64,000 bases of DNA from Podarcis erhardii (lineage: Eukaryota), in the NCBI GenBank assembly GCA_964252035.1, contig OZ176201.1; one strand, written 5' to 3'. Made by a program: the position numbers and the translations under genes. Below are positions 48,273 through 60,949 of this stretch, one piece after another. How positions within the stretch are numbered: position 1 is the first letter of the stretch; every line of letters begins with the position of its first letter. The notes under the pieces are model-generated. The model had not been told where the DNA came from and did no database searches. It worked only from the letters and a program-made list of their open reading frames with translations.

Positions 48273-48755
48273 CAGGGGTAGGCAACCTAACCCCTTCATG
48301 GATCAGTTGGACAGTCTTCATGGTTGGACAGTCTTCTCAAAGCTACGAACATGAGTTTGACCAAAATGCGGGAGGCAGTGGAAGACAGGAGTGCCTGGCG
48401 TGCTCTGGTCCATGGGGTCACAAAGAGTCAAACACGACTAAACGACTAAACAACAACAGGCAACCTAAGGCCCAGGGCCTTCTCAATCTGGCCCACAGAT
48501 GGTCCGGGAATCAGTGTGTTTTTACATGAGTAGAATGCGTTCTCTTATTTAAAATGCATCTCTGGGTCATTTGTGGGGGGCTGCCTGGTGTTTTTACATG
48601 AGTAGAATGTGTGCTTTTATTTAAAATGTATCGCTGGGTTATTTGTGGGTCATAGGAATTCATTCATTATTGTTTTTCCAAAATATGGTCCGCCCCCCCA
48701 CATGGTCTGATGGACGGTGGACCGGACCACAGCTGAAAAAGGTTGCTCACCCCTG
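48273..48755. mobile_element. hAT (Charlie-type) MITE containing a Bov-B insertion
   Basis: TIRs CAGGGGTAGGCAACC / GGTTGCTCACCCCTG; 8-bp TSD CTATAGTT / CTATAGCT. Confidence 0.9.
48291..48457 (+). mobile_element. Short Bov-B 3' fragment
   Basis: ATGAGTTTGACCAAAATGCGGGAGGCAGTGGAAGACAGG...ACGACTAAACAACAAC; 11-bp TSD AGGCAACCTAA (48280-48290, 48458-48468). Confidence 0.93.
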
Positions 48756-49088
48756 CTATAGCTGTTCCATAGGAGTAAATGTAATAGCTTATTGAAATCT
48801 AAGTTTTTGATTGTACAATACTTGGGGACCAAGATGAGCTCAAGGTCATCTCTACATTAGGATGTGTACATGGGAGCAGATGGCTTCTGGATTTTTGATA
48901 ACACAGTACGGATATCAATGGAAATGCTATTGTGCTATGTCAACTGAAGAGACAATCATCTTTTGTTTTGCTTGATTGCTTGCTAATGAGCACAGAAAAT
49001 CAGCTTATGTTTCTACAACTAACAGAAGATCGCTTCTTTGCTCAATCGCTTTTGATGGCTAAATTATGTTGTTTGAATGAACATAGAT

Positions 49089-49221
49089 CAGGGATGGCTA
49101 GCCTATGGTCCTCCAGATGTTGTTGGAATACAACTCCCATCAACCAACATAGCAAATGGTCATGGTATGATGAAAGTTGGAGCCCAACACAATCTGGAGG
49201 GCCACAGGTTCCTCATGTGTG
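49089..49221. mobile_element. hAT MITE (palindromic CAGGG family), degenerate
   Basis: CAGGGATGG...CCTCCAGATGTTGTTGGAATACAACTCCCATCA...ATCTGGAGGGCCACAGG; TSD not recognisable. Confidence 0.7.
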
Positions 49222-50639
49222 GTGCTGGTGGCTGGTGGTCACCTATGACACACCTCACAATCATGAATGGGGGAGAGGCTGGAGAGAAAGCAGTTGGGAG
49301 TTGCAGTGTGGAAATTAAAGGAGACGGAGGTCTGCATTTTGCTTCTGTCTAGGAAAAAGAGCTTGAAGGTGGTTCCTCAGTGACTGTGTACTGATGCTGA
49401 TTTACAGAGCAACACAGTCTGTCTTAGTACTTGCCTCCTTCCCTATGCTCAACATGTATGCATTTGAACATAAACTGATGTAACATAAGCACCCAAAGTC
49501 AAAGCACCCTGCAGCTGCCCCTGGAACTCTGGAAGTGAGGAGCCACAGCCATGAAACGATACCAAAGGAGCTTCAGATCTATGCACTTGGAAAGCACAAG
49601 CACTCTGCACACCCAAAAGGTCACAGACTCCAGTGTGTACAGAATCAGTCATTAGTCTTTATAAGCAAAAAGGACAAAGAGTGCTGCTAGAGTTTAACTA
49701 CGGCACGAGCATGTTGAGGCAGCAGCCTATTTTCTCTTGTGCACAAATCTTCCTAGCTCTCTTCAGTCATTCCTCAGACTTAACCATCCGCATGATTTCC
49801 GTCATGCTCCATTCCATGTTTTTGAGCAAGCAGAGCTATTTTGCATTCCCCTCACTCAAGCCATTTTCCATTCAGTTCCACTCTTCCAGCCTCAGTGAAT
49901 TCTTTGCTGTGATCCTGTAGTGATGTCAAAACACTGCATTTTACAACATCACAGGCAGACGTCAGCACTGCATGGTGCCAAGCAATTTCCTGGAAAAGTG
50001 TGTGTGCGTGTGCTCGCGTCTGTGTGTCTTTGCCGCATTAACTGACTGGCAGGCTCCTGATAGCCTTGCTTGAATCCAGTGTCTGATGAGAAGGGAGATG
50101 GTGCTACCTGGTTCCTGGGGCTGTTTCCAAGCCATCTCCACTTCTGACATCCAAAATGTAGCACTTATCCCAGAAATGGGTAATTGCTTAACATTAACGT
50201 GCTGTCACTGACAAATAATCCTGCTTAGAGTTGCCAGATCAAAGCTGCACAATAGCATGCCCTCCAATATTTGTCAAATGAAAATTGATAGATTTGGTTT
50301 GTATTAAACAAGAGGATGTGTGGAATAAAGAGCGGGAAGCATAAGAAAGCTGCTGTCAGAAAGGCCAATCCCACTGGGTGATTTTGGACACTTTTATCAA
50401 CACAATGCTAATTTCCTCGACACCGATAATTTTATTAAATTAGATATTGGTACCGAAGCAAGAAAACTTGTATTTTAAGCAATCAGACAAGTACTTTTCG
50501 ATTATCTTTCCAGTATTTGCTGCAGATTCAATCCACATTGTATGCAGGGTGAGACAGCAATTGCTGCATGTATGAATCAGCACTGAAAGATAGAAGAAGT
50601 ACAATGGAGAAGGGATGTTTTATCTTATTCAGAACTAAA

Positions 50640-50765
50640 AACTCTGCCTGAGACCCTGGAAAGCCAGCGCCTGTCAGTCAGAGTAGAGTAGCCAATGCTG
50701 TGCTAGATGGGTGAACAGCCTGGCTTGGTATAAGGCACATTCCCTGTGTATCCTGCATATTCCCC
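50640..50765 (+). mobile_element. Squam3-like SINE 3' part
   Basis: CTGCCTGAGACCCTGGAAAGC...GTCAGTCAGAGTAG...GCTAGATGG...GGTATAAGGCACATTCC. Confidence 0.65.
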
Positions 50766-51755
50766 TTCCCATTAATTGTAGCCCCATCTCTTGTTCCTTT
50801 GAAATGCCCTTCTCCGATAGGCAATAAAGAGATACAGTTTGAGCAAGTGATGCCTCTAGCATCAGCCCTTGCTCTGGCATTGTTCCAGTCCCCTTAAGAA
50901 TCCTGGAAAGCCCACAGAGGGGAAAGAGCAGCGGGCTTGAAGTCAGCAATACATTTCAAATGTTTTCCTAGTCCCATTATCCTTTTTGAGTGGGGGGAGG
51001 GAGGCTGGGTTGTAGTAAGTTAAAGGAAGCATCTGTGATTAATTGTCCAGATGCAGAAAGAGTTACCATATGCCTGTCTGCTAAGCGCCCTACATCAAAC
51101 ACCATGGCTTATCTCTCTCGCTCTCTGTCGGTGGATGACTTGTGTCTCTGATGTATGACAGTGACAGACCTCTGCATTGTTTATTTTAAGAAACAATTGC
51201 CAGCTTCCATGGTGTGGCATCTCTAGTGAGAGGAGGAGGAGGTGAGCAGGGTGGGGTGGGGGAAATAATGGAGGTGCTGTAATTAATAATTGGTAAATCA
51301 TAGGCTGATTGTGGTCATTCATTATTAAACATTGCGTTCACACAAGCATGAAATGTACTTGCCATCTTTAAGGCTGCTGTAAACGGAACAGTCTGGAAAT
51401 GGGGATGAGAACTGTGCTTAAAGATGTTATTTAGAGAGAAGATTGTGGCTTATAGTCCTATGGCAACAACAAAACTAAAGTGTGTGGTGTGTATGTGTGC
51501 AAAAGTATTGTGCTGATGTGCGGGTAGGCAGAATAGTGTTGATACATTGGACAGCTGAGGATAGCTTCCAGCACCACCTTTTCAAGTAGAGGGTGTGCAT
51601 CGGATCTGGACAAATCCCAAGTCAAATTGGGATGGTTCAGAAGGATTTCTGATACATTTGAGCTGAAGTGGGATGCCTCCAGTCTTTCCGTATCAGGGGA
51701 CTCCAAAGTGATTCAAGGCAATTCTGCACTTCCGTGTATCTCCCAAAGTGGAAAA

Positions 51756-52354
51756 TGTCATGGACTGGCTGGGTGCAGAGGAGTGGGTGGTGGGAGGCAC
51801 CAGGTGGGAACCCCCCAAGGGAAGAAGGCTCAGGGCCAGAGGATGGGTGGTGGGACGATGATGCATGGTTAGAGGGAGAAGAGGGACCAGACTGGGAGGA
51901 GGAGGTGTTGAAAGCTGAAGAGGAAACAGGGTTTAGTGAGCAGCAAGAGGCTGTGTCAGAGCAGTGCAGACTCTGAGGCTGAAGTGGAGGCTGGAGAGGA
52001 AGGGGGGCAAGAGGTAGAGATGAGGCAGGCTGCTGAAGAAGCCAGCGAGTCTCTCCTTCCTTCTGTGACCAGCTCCCCTCTCCCCTGGATTCCCAGAACA
52101 CACAGATAAATGAAGAGGGTGGAGCAACGAGAGACAAGACGAGGGAGTCTTAGGCTGCTGGAGAGGAGCCTTAGAGAGTGGTGGATGGTGGGGATCTTCA
52201 GTCGTCAGAACTGCCTCATTAGGGCAAGACCTACTGGGAAGAGTTGCTGTAATCACTAGGCCTGCGCTTTTTTGGGTTTCTTTGAATAAAGAGTAAACTT
52301 TGCTGACACCGGTGTTTTTTATTGCTGACCTAGTCCTGACTCCAGCTCCTGACA
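51756..52354 (+). mobile_element. Solo LTR (same family as 28736-29257)
   Basis: TGTCATGGACTGGCTGG...CTCCTGACA, AATAAA near 52286, 5-bp TSD GAAAA / GAAAC. Confidence 0.9.
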
Positions 52355-54194
52355 GAAACATTTGTCCTGCAGATTTAGAAAAACACCAATGGAAGTCAAT
52401 TGGAAATGAGACCTCAAGAAAATTAAGAGAGGACGGGTGTATGAACAAGGTCTACAATTTGACTCTATTTATTTGTGTAGATGATGGTTGAGTTACGTGT
52501 GTTGGTGTAGTTCAGGGTTAAGGAACAACCAAAGTATTTAATACAGATTATGGCCTATTTCCCCTTTTGTTAAATTCTCTTGTAAATGTGAAGTGAAATG
52601 CAATTTATTTATGCTAAGCAGCCATTGTTATTCAAACACAATAAAATCAAGTCTGTGGTCTTCAGATTTCAGCTACCCTCAACATCAGGCAAGTGGAAGT
52701 GTCATTACTGACACAGAGAGGGAAATAAGTATTTCGGGCCGGGGTATAGAACTGCTGTTAACAGCCTTTTTATTCTTATTCTCCCCCCCTCCTCAATTAT
52801 ATATTTCCTGCTTTCCACTGTTAATAATAATCATTTGGATTGTGAAAAGATTTGCAGCATTTTTCTTTCTATTTGTTTCACACTAACTGATCACCCTCAT
52901 GGCCCTACATAAATAATAATAACCGTATTAGTACATATGGTGTTTGCTTTGCCTTCTAAACACTTTGCAAATATTCCCTGACTGCTAATCCTTTGCATAC
53001 CTTCTGTGAGCCAAGCATTATCTCCACTGCAGGATAAAATGAAGAGCAGGGCACTCTCAAATGGCATCCTGTGTGGGCCTCAGTAAATCAAGATATATGT
53101 TTTTTGAGATTTCCTAAAACAAATCATGTAGCTGACAGCACTTTTATTGGTCAAAAATAGAAGGGACAAGATTCAGAGAGCCATGGAAGCAAAACCCCAA
53201 TGCAGCCTTAAGATCTATTTCTGAGAAATATCCCCCCCCCAAAAAAAAAATCTCATTGAATAAAACTGGTTTACTTCCTAGTAAGTGTGTTCAGAATCCT
53301 GCATAGGATTGTTCTGTTGGTTCTCAGCATTGTTGATCAGATCAACAAGCAGGCGAGAATACATTTGCTCACACAATATGTAAGGAAAGCACAGGAAATC
53401 AATTCTTCTTCAGGTATTTAAAATAATTTGTGAGGAGCGAGGCTCAGACCAGGTAGAGAGCATGCACACAGTGACCCCACCTCCTCTTCTCCTGATCTTT
53501 CTCCACCGACATCTCCATGTGCTGCAATCCTGTATACTCAGAAGTAAATCCCATTGAATTAAATGGGGCTTACTTTTAAGAAAGTGGAGCTAGGATTACA
53601 ATATTATTTATGCATTTATTATGTTTATACTCCACCCTTCTTCCATAGAGCATGGCCTTCATTTTACCATCACATCAGCCCCATGAGACCGGATGGGTTG
53701 AGAGAAGAGAGTGCCTAGGCTGACCTGGGGCTCATCCACACTTCTGCTTAGATACAGACCTGTGCCTGAAAAGCATGGCACAAGTGTGGATAAGCCCTAA
53801 GTCAAATTCTAGCTCTTTAATTTGTGCTTGTTGCCTTCCCAGAGCCATTGATTGATTAAGGTACGAAAGATAAAAACATGACCTAAGATCTTAAGACTCT
53901 CGTTGGATCAAACCAACGGCTTCTCTTGTCTAGCTCCTTGTTTTCCTCAGCGGCATATGAGATGCCTATAGGAAGCCTTTCTGCAAGGGACCATTTTTAT
54001 TCATTTGTTTATTATACAAGTGTATATACTGCTTAACATGAAAAAAAATATCAAAGTGGTGTCTAACGCAAGAGTACAGTAAAGCACAATATAAAAATTC
54101 AAAATAAAATGAAAGGACGTGGATCAGTAGTGCACGCCTATTCAGCTGCGGTCACACTTCAGGGGGAGGCTGAATGAATCCTTTTTAATTAGAT

Positions 54195-54260
54195 ATGCTG
54201 GGGATTGAACCAAGGACCTTCTGCATGCAACGCATGCGTTCTTCCCCTGAACCATGGCTT
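54195..54260 (-). mobile_element. tRNA-derived SINE head fragment
   Basis: GCTGGGGATTGAACCAAGGACCTTCTGCATGCA...CCCCTGAACCATGGC. Confidence 0.6.
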
Positions 54261-55444
54261 TCTTCCCTCATGGACATGTATAGGTTTGTTCTTCTTAAGT
54301 ACTTCCCAACCACTTATTATTGGCCCAGAAGAAAGGGCTTGAGATGGGGACTCCAACAGGGACTCAGGGAAGAATTCTCAAAACATGCTTGCTAACATTT
54401 CCTTTCCCTGTTTCAAGGGAAAGTTACAGAGAAGGGACATGTCCCAGGTTACAGCACTGATTCCTCAAGTCATTCCTGTCAGCAGCAGTACCTCCTCTCT
54501 CTGGCTGGCAATCTCCCAAGTCCCGCATTACATTGTCAGACACAGCAGTGCTCCCGTGTTGGGAAGTCGGAACGTGGGAAGCTGCCCTGATTACGTGGCC
54601 TGTTCACTGCTGCTGGAGCCAACAGCAGCAAGACAGCATCATTCCTAGGACTGAAGGAGAGCCTTGCCTCTCACCGGTCATGCTATACCTTCTGGTGCTG
54701 CCGATGATTCGCGTGGAGATTTTGTGTTCCGTAACAGCCTAACACAAGGAAATTGTCTGAAGTAATGGTTTTTATATTTTAATGTAGTATTTGTCATATC
54801 TTTTATTGGAATGAAATTAAGATGAAATTAGAAATGAAAATAACTTTAATTACGAATGGCATGATTCAGTCTGTTGTAAATCCCCTGGCATAATATTGTG
54901 CCATAAAAGTGCTATTTTCTGATAACTATTATTAAAATTAATGTGCTTCAAGTGCTAATACTGCAGGCTTGCATTGTCTCACAAAATCTCTCACTAAGGT
55001 GCTTAAGGATGCTGGGGGCATGTTGTGCATTCTGCCAGTCACTTCTGCAGCTTTGTACAAGTAGGTTTCAGGAGGCTGGTATAATAACACCACTATATAT
55101 ATAGCTCTTTAAATGGGCAAAGGGCATTGCAAAAGTCCTTGTGTTTTCCCTCCAATATTCCTGAGAGGTAGATCACTCCCATTCCCATTTTAAGGATGTC
55201 CAGCTGAGGCTGAGAGATAATCACTTGCCCAAATCCACATAATGCATCCATTCTGGAGATGGAACATAAATCCCTATGTGCCTTTTCTTGAGTACTGTAG
55301 TTATCTGTCTCCAGGTCCACACCTGCTGTCATAGAGATTACTTCAATAGTCACTGATGTCATTGGATTGTAGCTCTCTGTCATTTTATGTGTTTATTTAA
55401 CAACTGAGAAACTGAGGCATGCATTTGCACATTATTTGTCTGGT

Positions 55445-56810
55445 CCCATTTCAATTCTGGCTTCAGGTCTGGAACTCCAACAGCCTTGGTCAGCCTGATG
55501 AATGGCTTATGCCAAGAGAAGGACATGGGGGGACAGCAACACTGCTCATTCTTGTTGGCCATTTAGTGACTTGGAATACCAGTAACCAGATCATCCTTCT
55601 GGATAGGGTATCTGGGATGGGAATTGGCGTGTTGCATTCCTATGAGTCCACTTCTATCTTGAAGGCCATTTCTGGAAAGCGATGCCAGGAGCTTATCACT
55701 CTGCCTAATGGAAGACGTCCTATGAGTTCTATTTTGTCCTCTGTGCTATTTAACACCTATGTGAAACTACTAAATGATATCATCTGGAGATTTGGAATGA
55801 GGCGTTGACAATATGAGGATGATATCTAATCTCATGGTCTCCTTTTCATCAGATTTAGGTGAAATTAGCAGATGTGCTAAATATGTGGAGTCCCCAAGAG
55901 GGCCAGTAAAGTGAAGCTCAGTTGAGATAAGATGAAGGAACTCAATCTTTTCTGGATAGGGCTGCATTCCCCCTAAGGATCAGCTCCACAGCTTGGGTGT
56001 GTTGTTAGATCTGGCTTTCTCTTTGGAGGCCCAAGCAGCTTCTGCAGCTTAAAGCACCTTCTACCAACCATGGGTGGTGCAGCTGCTGCAACTAGGCAGA
56101 AATAGCCTGGCTATGGCTATCCATGCTCTGGTAACATCTTGTTTGGATGTGTATAGCAATTTGTATGAGGGGATATTTCTTGAAGACTACTAAGAAACTT
56201 CAGCTGATGCACAAAGCAACAGCAAGATTACTAATGGAGATTGGTTGGTTAATATTCCTTGCCACTGCAAACAACTGCACTGACTGCTGATCCCTTTCCT
56301 GCCATCATCCAATGTGTTGGTTCTCACTCCATTATCAAGAAACCTGGGATGGTCTGATGTGTTCAGTGTTATTACAACTAACTCCAAACAAAGCTGTCTC
56401 TTCCTGATGACATCACATGGGCTGCCCATCAAGGTTCTTGCATTGATTTACAAGGCCCTTAACAAATTGGGTCCAGGATACGGCAGAGATTGCCCAAACC
56501 GTTATATTCCAGCTCAGTCACTGAGATCATCTGCAGGAGTGTCTTTTGTCAATAGAGATTCAGCGGGTGCCCTCTGTGTCAACTTTTATCTGCCTGTTGA
56601 AAACGTTTCTGTTCCACCAGGCCTATGCAGGCAATTAAACCCCCGACAATGGTCTATTAATGTCTGCTCTTAATTTATTTTTGCTTTTAACTTTTTATGA
56701 TTTTATTGCTCGGTTTGATGTCTTATTTTGTTGTAAACCGCTACAATATATCTTTATGATACAGTGGGGTGTGTGGGTGGGTGTGGGTGTGTATTGAATA
56801 AACAAATTAA
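55445..56810 (+). mobile_element. Old L2 LINE, RT region to 3' end
   Basis: Degraded RT: ATLLILVGHL, ILSSVLFNTYVKLLNDIIWRFG..QYEDDI (YADD remnant), later VLALIYKALNKLGPGY and a TTGTAAACCGC tail. Confidence 0.85.
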
Positions 56811-58338
56811 AGCGCTTGGGATCCATGTACCTAAAGGACTGCATTCTTCTACATGAAAATGTCCAAGTTATAGGATAATTCACAGAGGCCCTTCACTAAC
56901 TCCCTGAATCTTCTGAAGTGTGGAAGAGCCTCTTCTGTTGTGGCACCCTAGTTGTAGAGCACTTTCCCCATCTAGGCTCTTTTCATTTGCCCATGACTTT
57001 CAGTGTAAACTCTTAGATCTCTTTTTATGTTGGGAATTTCCTGTCTTTTGCTGTTTTTAAATTATTAAAGATGTTATTTATGCTTATATCTTTTTAAAAC
57101 TTGAAGCCGCTCTGAAAGTATGTGGACTGAGGAATGGGATACAAATATCTGTAATAAAATTAATATAAATAAATAAAATGAAACATGAATGCTTTATCCC
57201 CACAAGAATCACTGTCTGAATGCCCCTCTCCCTGCACTGTTACACATTGTCAAAGGTTCATCTCTGCTGCTATGCATCAGTATAACAATATTATTATTTT
57301 TTAAAGTAACCATGTTAATGTATGTATAATCTCACAGAGGAGCTGGTTGTGGTTGTGAGTTTTAGCCCCCACTCCTAAGGCCATGCGATTCCCTCCCCTT
57401 GCATAGCAAAAATGCGGTTCTGCAGTCAGGAAAGTTCTCTGGAGACTCCCTGAGCAATTGAGAACCCTGATCTTCTAGGGTTGCCAACCAAGTAAGGAGC
57501 CTTCATGGAAACAAAAGATGGACAGGCCAGGAGATTTATGCGACCTTGGCAGAGACAAGGCTAAGGGTGAACCCCCATACCCTGGCTCAAGCCAAGGCTA
57601 TCCAATTTAACAGAAGAAAATGAGTCTTACTACCTGCATTGTGTAAAACAGCAGACTTTGTGCACTGAATCCTTTAGGATTCACTCACACTGCATGTGCA
57701 CTGAAGTCAGCATGGATCTATGGCCACACAGATATTTTACTTTGAGAGTTTTGAGGAATGGGTAAAAACACCAAGGATGCCAATTCTAGTGCATGTGTGC
57801 ACATGCCAACAAAATTTCAAAACTTTCATGTTAGTGCAGTTCTGGTTTATGGGTAGGAAAGTATGAAAGACGCCGCCAAATGTGTTTCCATTTTTAGACC
57901 TTTCTGGCAGGGTTCATACCACCTGCAGCAACTCTTGAGGGGTGATGCTGTTGCCCTATTGATGCTGTCAAATGGGCCAGTAGGTTTGGGGAATAGGAAA
58001 CTTGTCCCCTCCTAGTACCTCCAGGTGTCACATGCTTTTAATTCTAAGGCATGGTGCTCTCTGAGTGTTTTGGGAATGGAAAGGCACTAATGATAGAAAA
58101 CAAAACTAAATATAAATTATTATTCATAATTAACAATTGCTGCTTTTCAAACAGAACAATATGTAGCTTATAAATCTTCTCTCACAACTAGTAAACGGAG
58201 ACATGCCTCCTACACATACTCTCACTCATTCTGTCGTGTATTTGCTTGAAAGTCAATGTGAAGAAGACATATTGGCTGGAGAGGTGAATACTGGTGATCA
58301 GTGCTGGCCATCACCAAATACATGAAGTCTAGTTCTTC

Positions 58339-58344
<6 letters not shown>

Positions 58345-58373
<29 letters not shown>
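58345..58373. repeat. (GT)n microsatellite
   Basis: GT array. Confidence 0.95.
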
Positions 58374-58377
<4 letters not shown>

Positions 58378-60194
58378 CAGGATAACTTCCCATGTGTCCT
58401 CTGGTGTCCATGGACCTTAAAAATGTCCTTATGGGACCTGCCCAAAGATCCATCTATCTGTCCCAACACTTTGTTTTCAGCAGTGATAAGCAAGAAGGCC
58501 TTAGAAGTTCCTCAAAACCTCACAAGCAGGGCATAATGAAGATATTCATCCCCATGAGGGAAACAAGCTGTTCCATCATGGGGATACCCCAATTACCAAA
58601 CAGAATGGCACATACATGCATAGTGTTTTTAAAAATCAGAGAGAGCATGGCTATACCATTATCTTTTGGTTCCTTTAAACATATTAATTATAGTAGCAGA
58701 AGAAGAAGAAGGTGGTGGACAGGAAGGATGACCATACCATTTTCAAATGGCCCAAAGCAGATGATTTTGCTCTGATTACAAGGATGGGAATACAAGACTG
58801 CAATAAAATGGTGCCTTGCAACAGAAAAGGTCATTCCAGCATTGTCTCATATATATGTTTGTTTATAAGGTGACCATTGCAATATTCAGCCAAGGAGTGA
58901 ATCGGCATCTGAGACACTGTGTGATGGGCCAGTATTGGAGGGAGCCTCTCACATTGGCATGAGCTATATATTTTTTTATGGGGGAGGGAATGGAAAATCT
59001 GGCCTCTGCATTTCTTCCCTCATGTATGTGGGAGGAGCCCATACCAATTGGACTCTTAACAAATTACCCATTACCTAAGAGCCTCTGGTATGTGAGTCTA
59101 GATATACTTGAATGACAGGAAGGGTTGTAATCACATGCTTTTAACTATGACCCAGCTTTCCCTTAGACATATGTGCACATTCAGCAATGATAACAGCAGC
59201 ATGTGGGTGAAATTTTTAAGGGAAAGGTCACTTTTTTTAAAAAAAGGAATATTTTCTTTTTGTTTCATAAAGAAAAATGGAAACCAGGCACAGAGAGTTT
59301 CCTAGCAAACAAAGGGGCAAACTACATGTTACATACAAATATATTTTAATGAACCACTGATGTTTGTCTGTTGTTAATGAAAAGGCGTCTCAGGGATCTG
59401 TTATTTGGAGGGGAGGGATGTTTGACTTTCCCTGCAGCTGGTTTTTTCTGCTCAAAACCTCCCAAGCAGCTTCCATCCTTCCCCTGACATGCTTCTGGAA
59501 TGCAGAGCTTGCATTTGGAAACCCACAAGTGGTGTGGGTGGGTTTTGTGATCTCGCAACAGTGGAGAGAACTGTGTGGCTGTGATCCCTGTGAGAGGAGT
59601 GGGGATAAGTTAACAAAAAAACCTGTATTTTGGCAGCAAGCAGAAATTTCAGAATTGATAAGTTTGGGCTCAGCAAATAATAGCCCCACCACTTTAGGAA
59701 TAAGATGGCTTTCCTCGCAGTCTGCTCTTTCTTGCCATTTTTGACTGGATATATCCAGTTCTCTCTTTGATTTCTAGTCCCAACAGCAATGCAGCAACAC
59801 AGAAAACCATGTTCCACTTTCCTCTTGGTATTAAGAAAACCCTCAGCAACTGCAGATTGAGCTGAAAGGTTTTGAGGGCTCAGCTCAATTAGATCTGTCG
59901 TTGTTCACACATAGCATCTCCCATCCCCTGTCTTCAATGATGCCTTACCTCACCATCTTGGCAGAACTATTAGTTTATGCCTAAATAAAACATGCTAACT
60001 ACAAAAATCTCAATATTCATATATTATGAATTAGTGGCTTTTAAAAAAATCCCCTGAAAATATCTTAAGAACCTGTTTAAAAAATCTGCTGTAATTCACT
60101 AGTTGAGAATTGCACCCTCCTAGCCTTTTGACAGTCCCACAAACTGCAGCTACAGACACCATGTTGGGAGACGTGGACTTGTGCCATCTTAAAA

Positions 60195-60333
60195 CAGGGC
60201 TACAGTATGAAACCTGTGGTCCTCCAGACATTGTTGGACTACAACACCCATCCTCCCTGATCATTGGATGGACTGGCTGCTGATAGGAGCTGAAATTCAA
60301 CAACATCTGGAGGCCAGGGTTTCCCCACCCCTG
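60195..60333. mobile_element. hAT MITE (palindromic CAGGG family)
   Basis: CAGGG...GGTTTCCCCACCCCTG, palindromic core GGACTACAACACCCATC...; TSD TCTTAAAA / TATTAAAA. Confidence 0.8.
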
Positions 60334-60949
60334 TATTAAAACAGTGACAAATATGGAGAACGCAATGGATGAGGTTTCCTTCATGCCCTGCATCTGTCTG
60401 AAAGCTCATACAAAAATCTCCAAATGGGTCTGAACTTCAATGTCTAAAATCCCTGGTAGAGGACAAGGATCCAGAGATCACACTAAGGGTGGCCAAATTC
60501 TGTGCGACTGCCATAAAACTTAGGGAACAATCTGTGCTACCATAATGACTAAGGCCTTAGATGACAATTTTAGGTTATATTTTAGTGGTTAAGATTTAAT
60601 TTATATATTTTTAACTGCTGTTATATCTGTATTGCCCCTGTTATACCCAACTGCAAATTCAAATGTATCCCTATCATGTTTTATGATTTCCCTGATATTA
60701 TATGTGAGCTGGAGCTGGTCTGTGACCAAAATTAATAAATTCTATTCTATTCTGTTCAGTCTGAAAGCTCTGTTCAGAAGTGAGAAATAATTTCCCATCG
60801 ATCAGATAGGTTAAGGGACTGTGGTTGCAAACTTATAAGCATTTAAATTGGAGTAAGGACCATTTAATTCAATCATATTTATTTCTAAGTGGACATGCGT
60901 AGAATGTTGGTGTGTGCGTGTGTGCATGTGTAAATGTATAGAATTATAA

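Noticed and set aside
54385-54742. Acceptor-like TTTCAAG followed by 60-87 aa frames
   Set aside because: No recognisable peptide and no good donor; more likely non-coding.
59856-59889. 10-bp inverted repeat ATTGAGCTGA / TCAGCTCAAT
   Set aside because: Short stem with a 14-nt loop that does not extend; plausible by chance.
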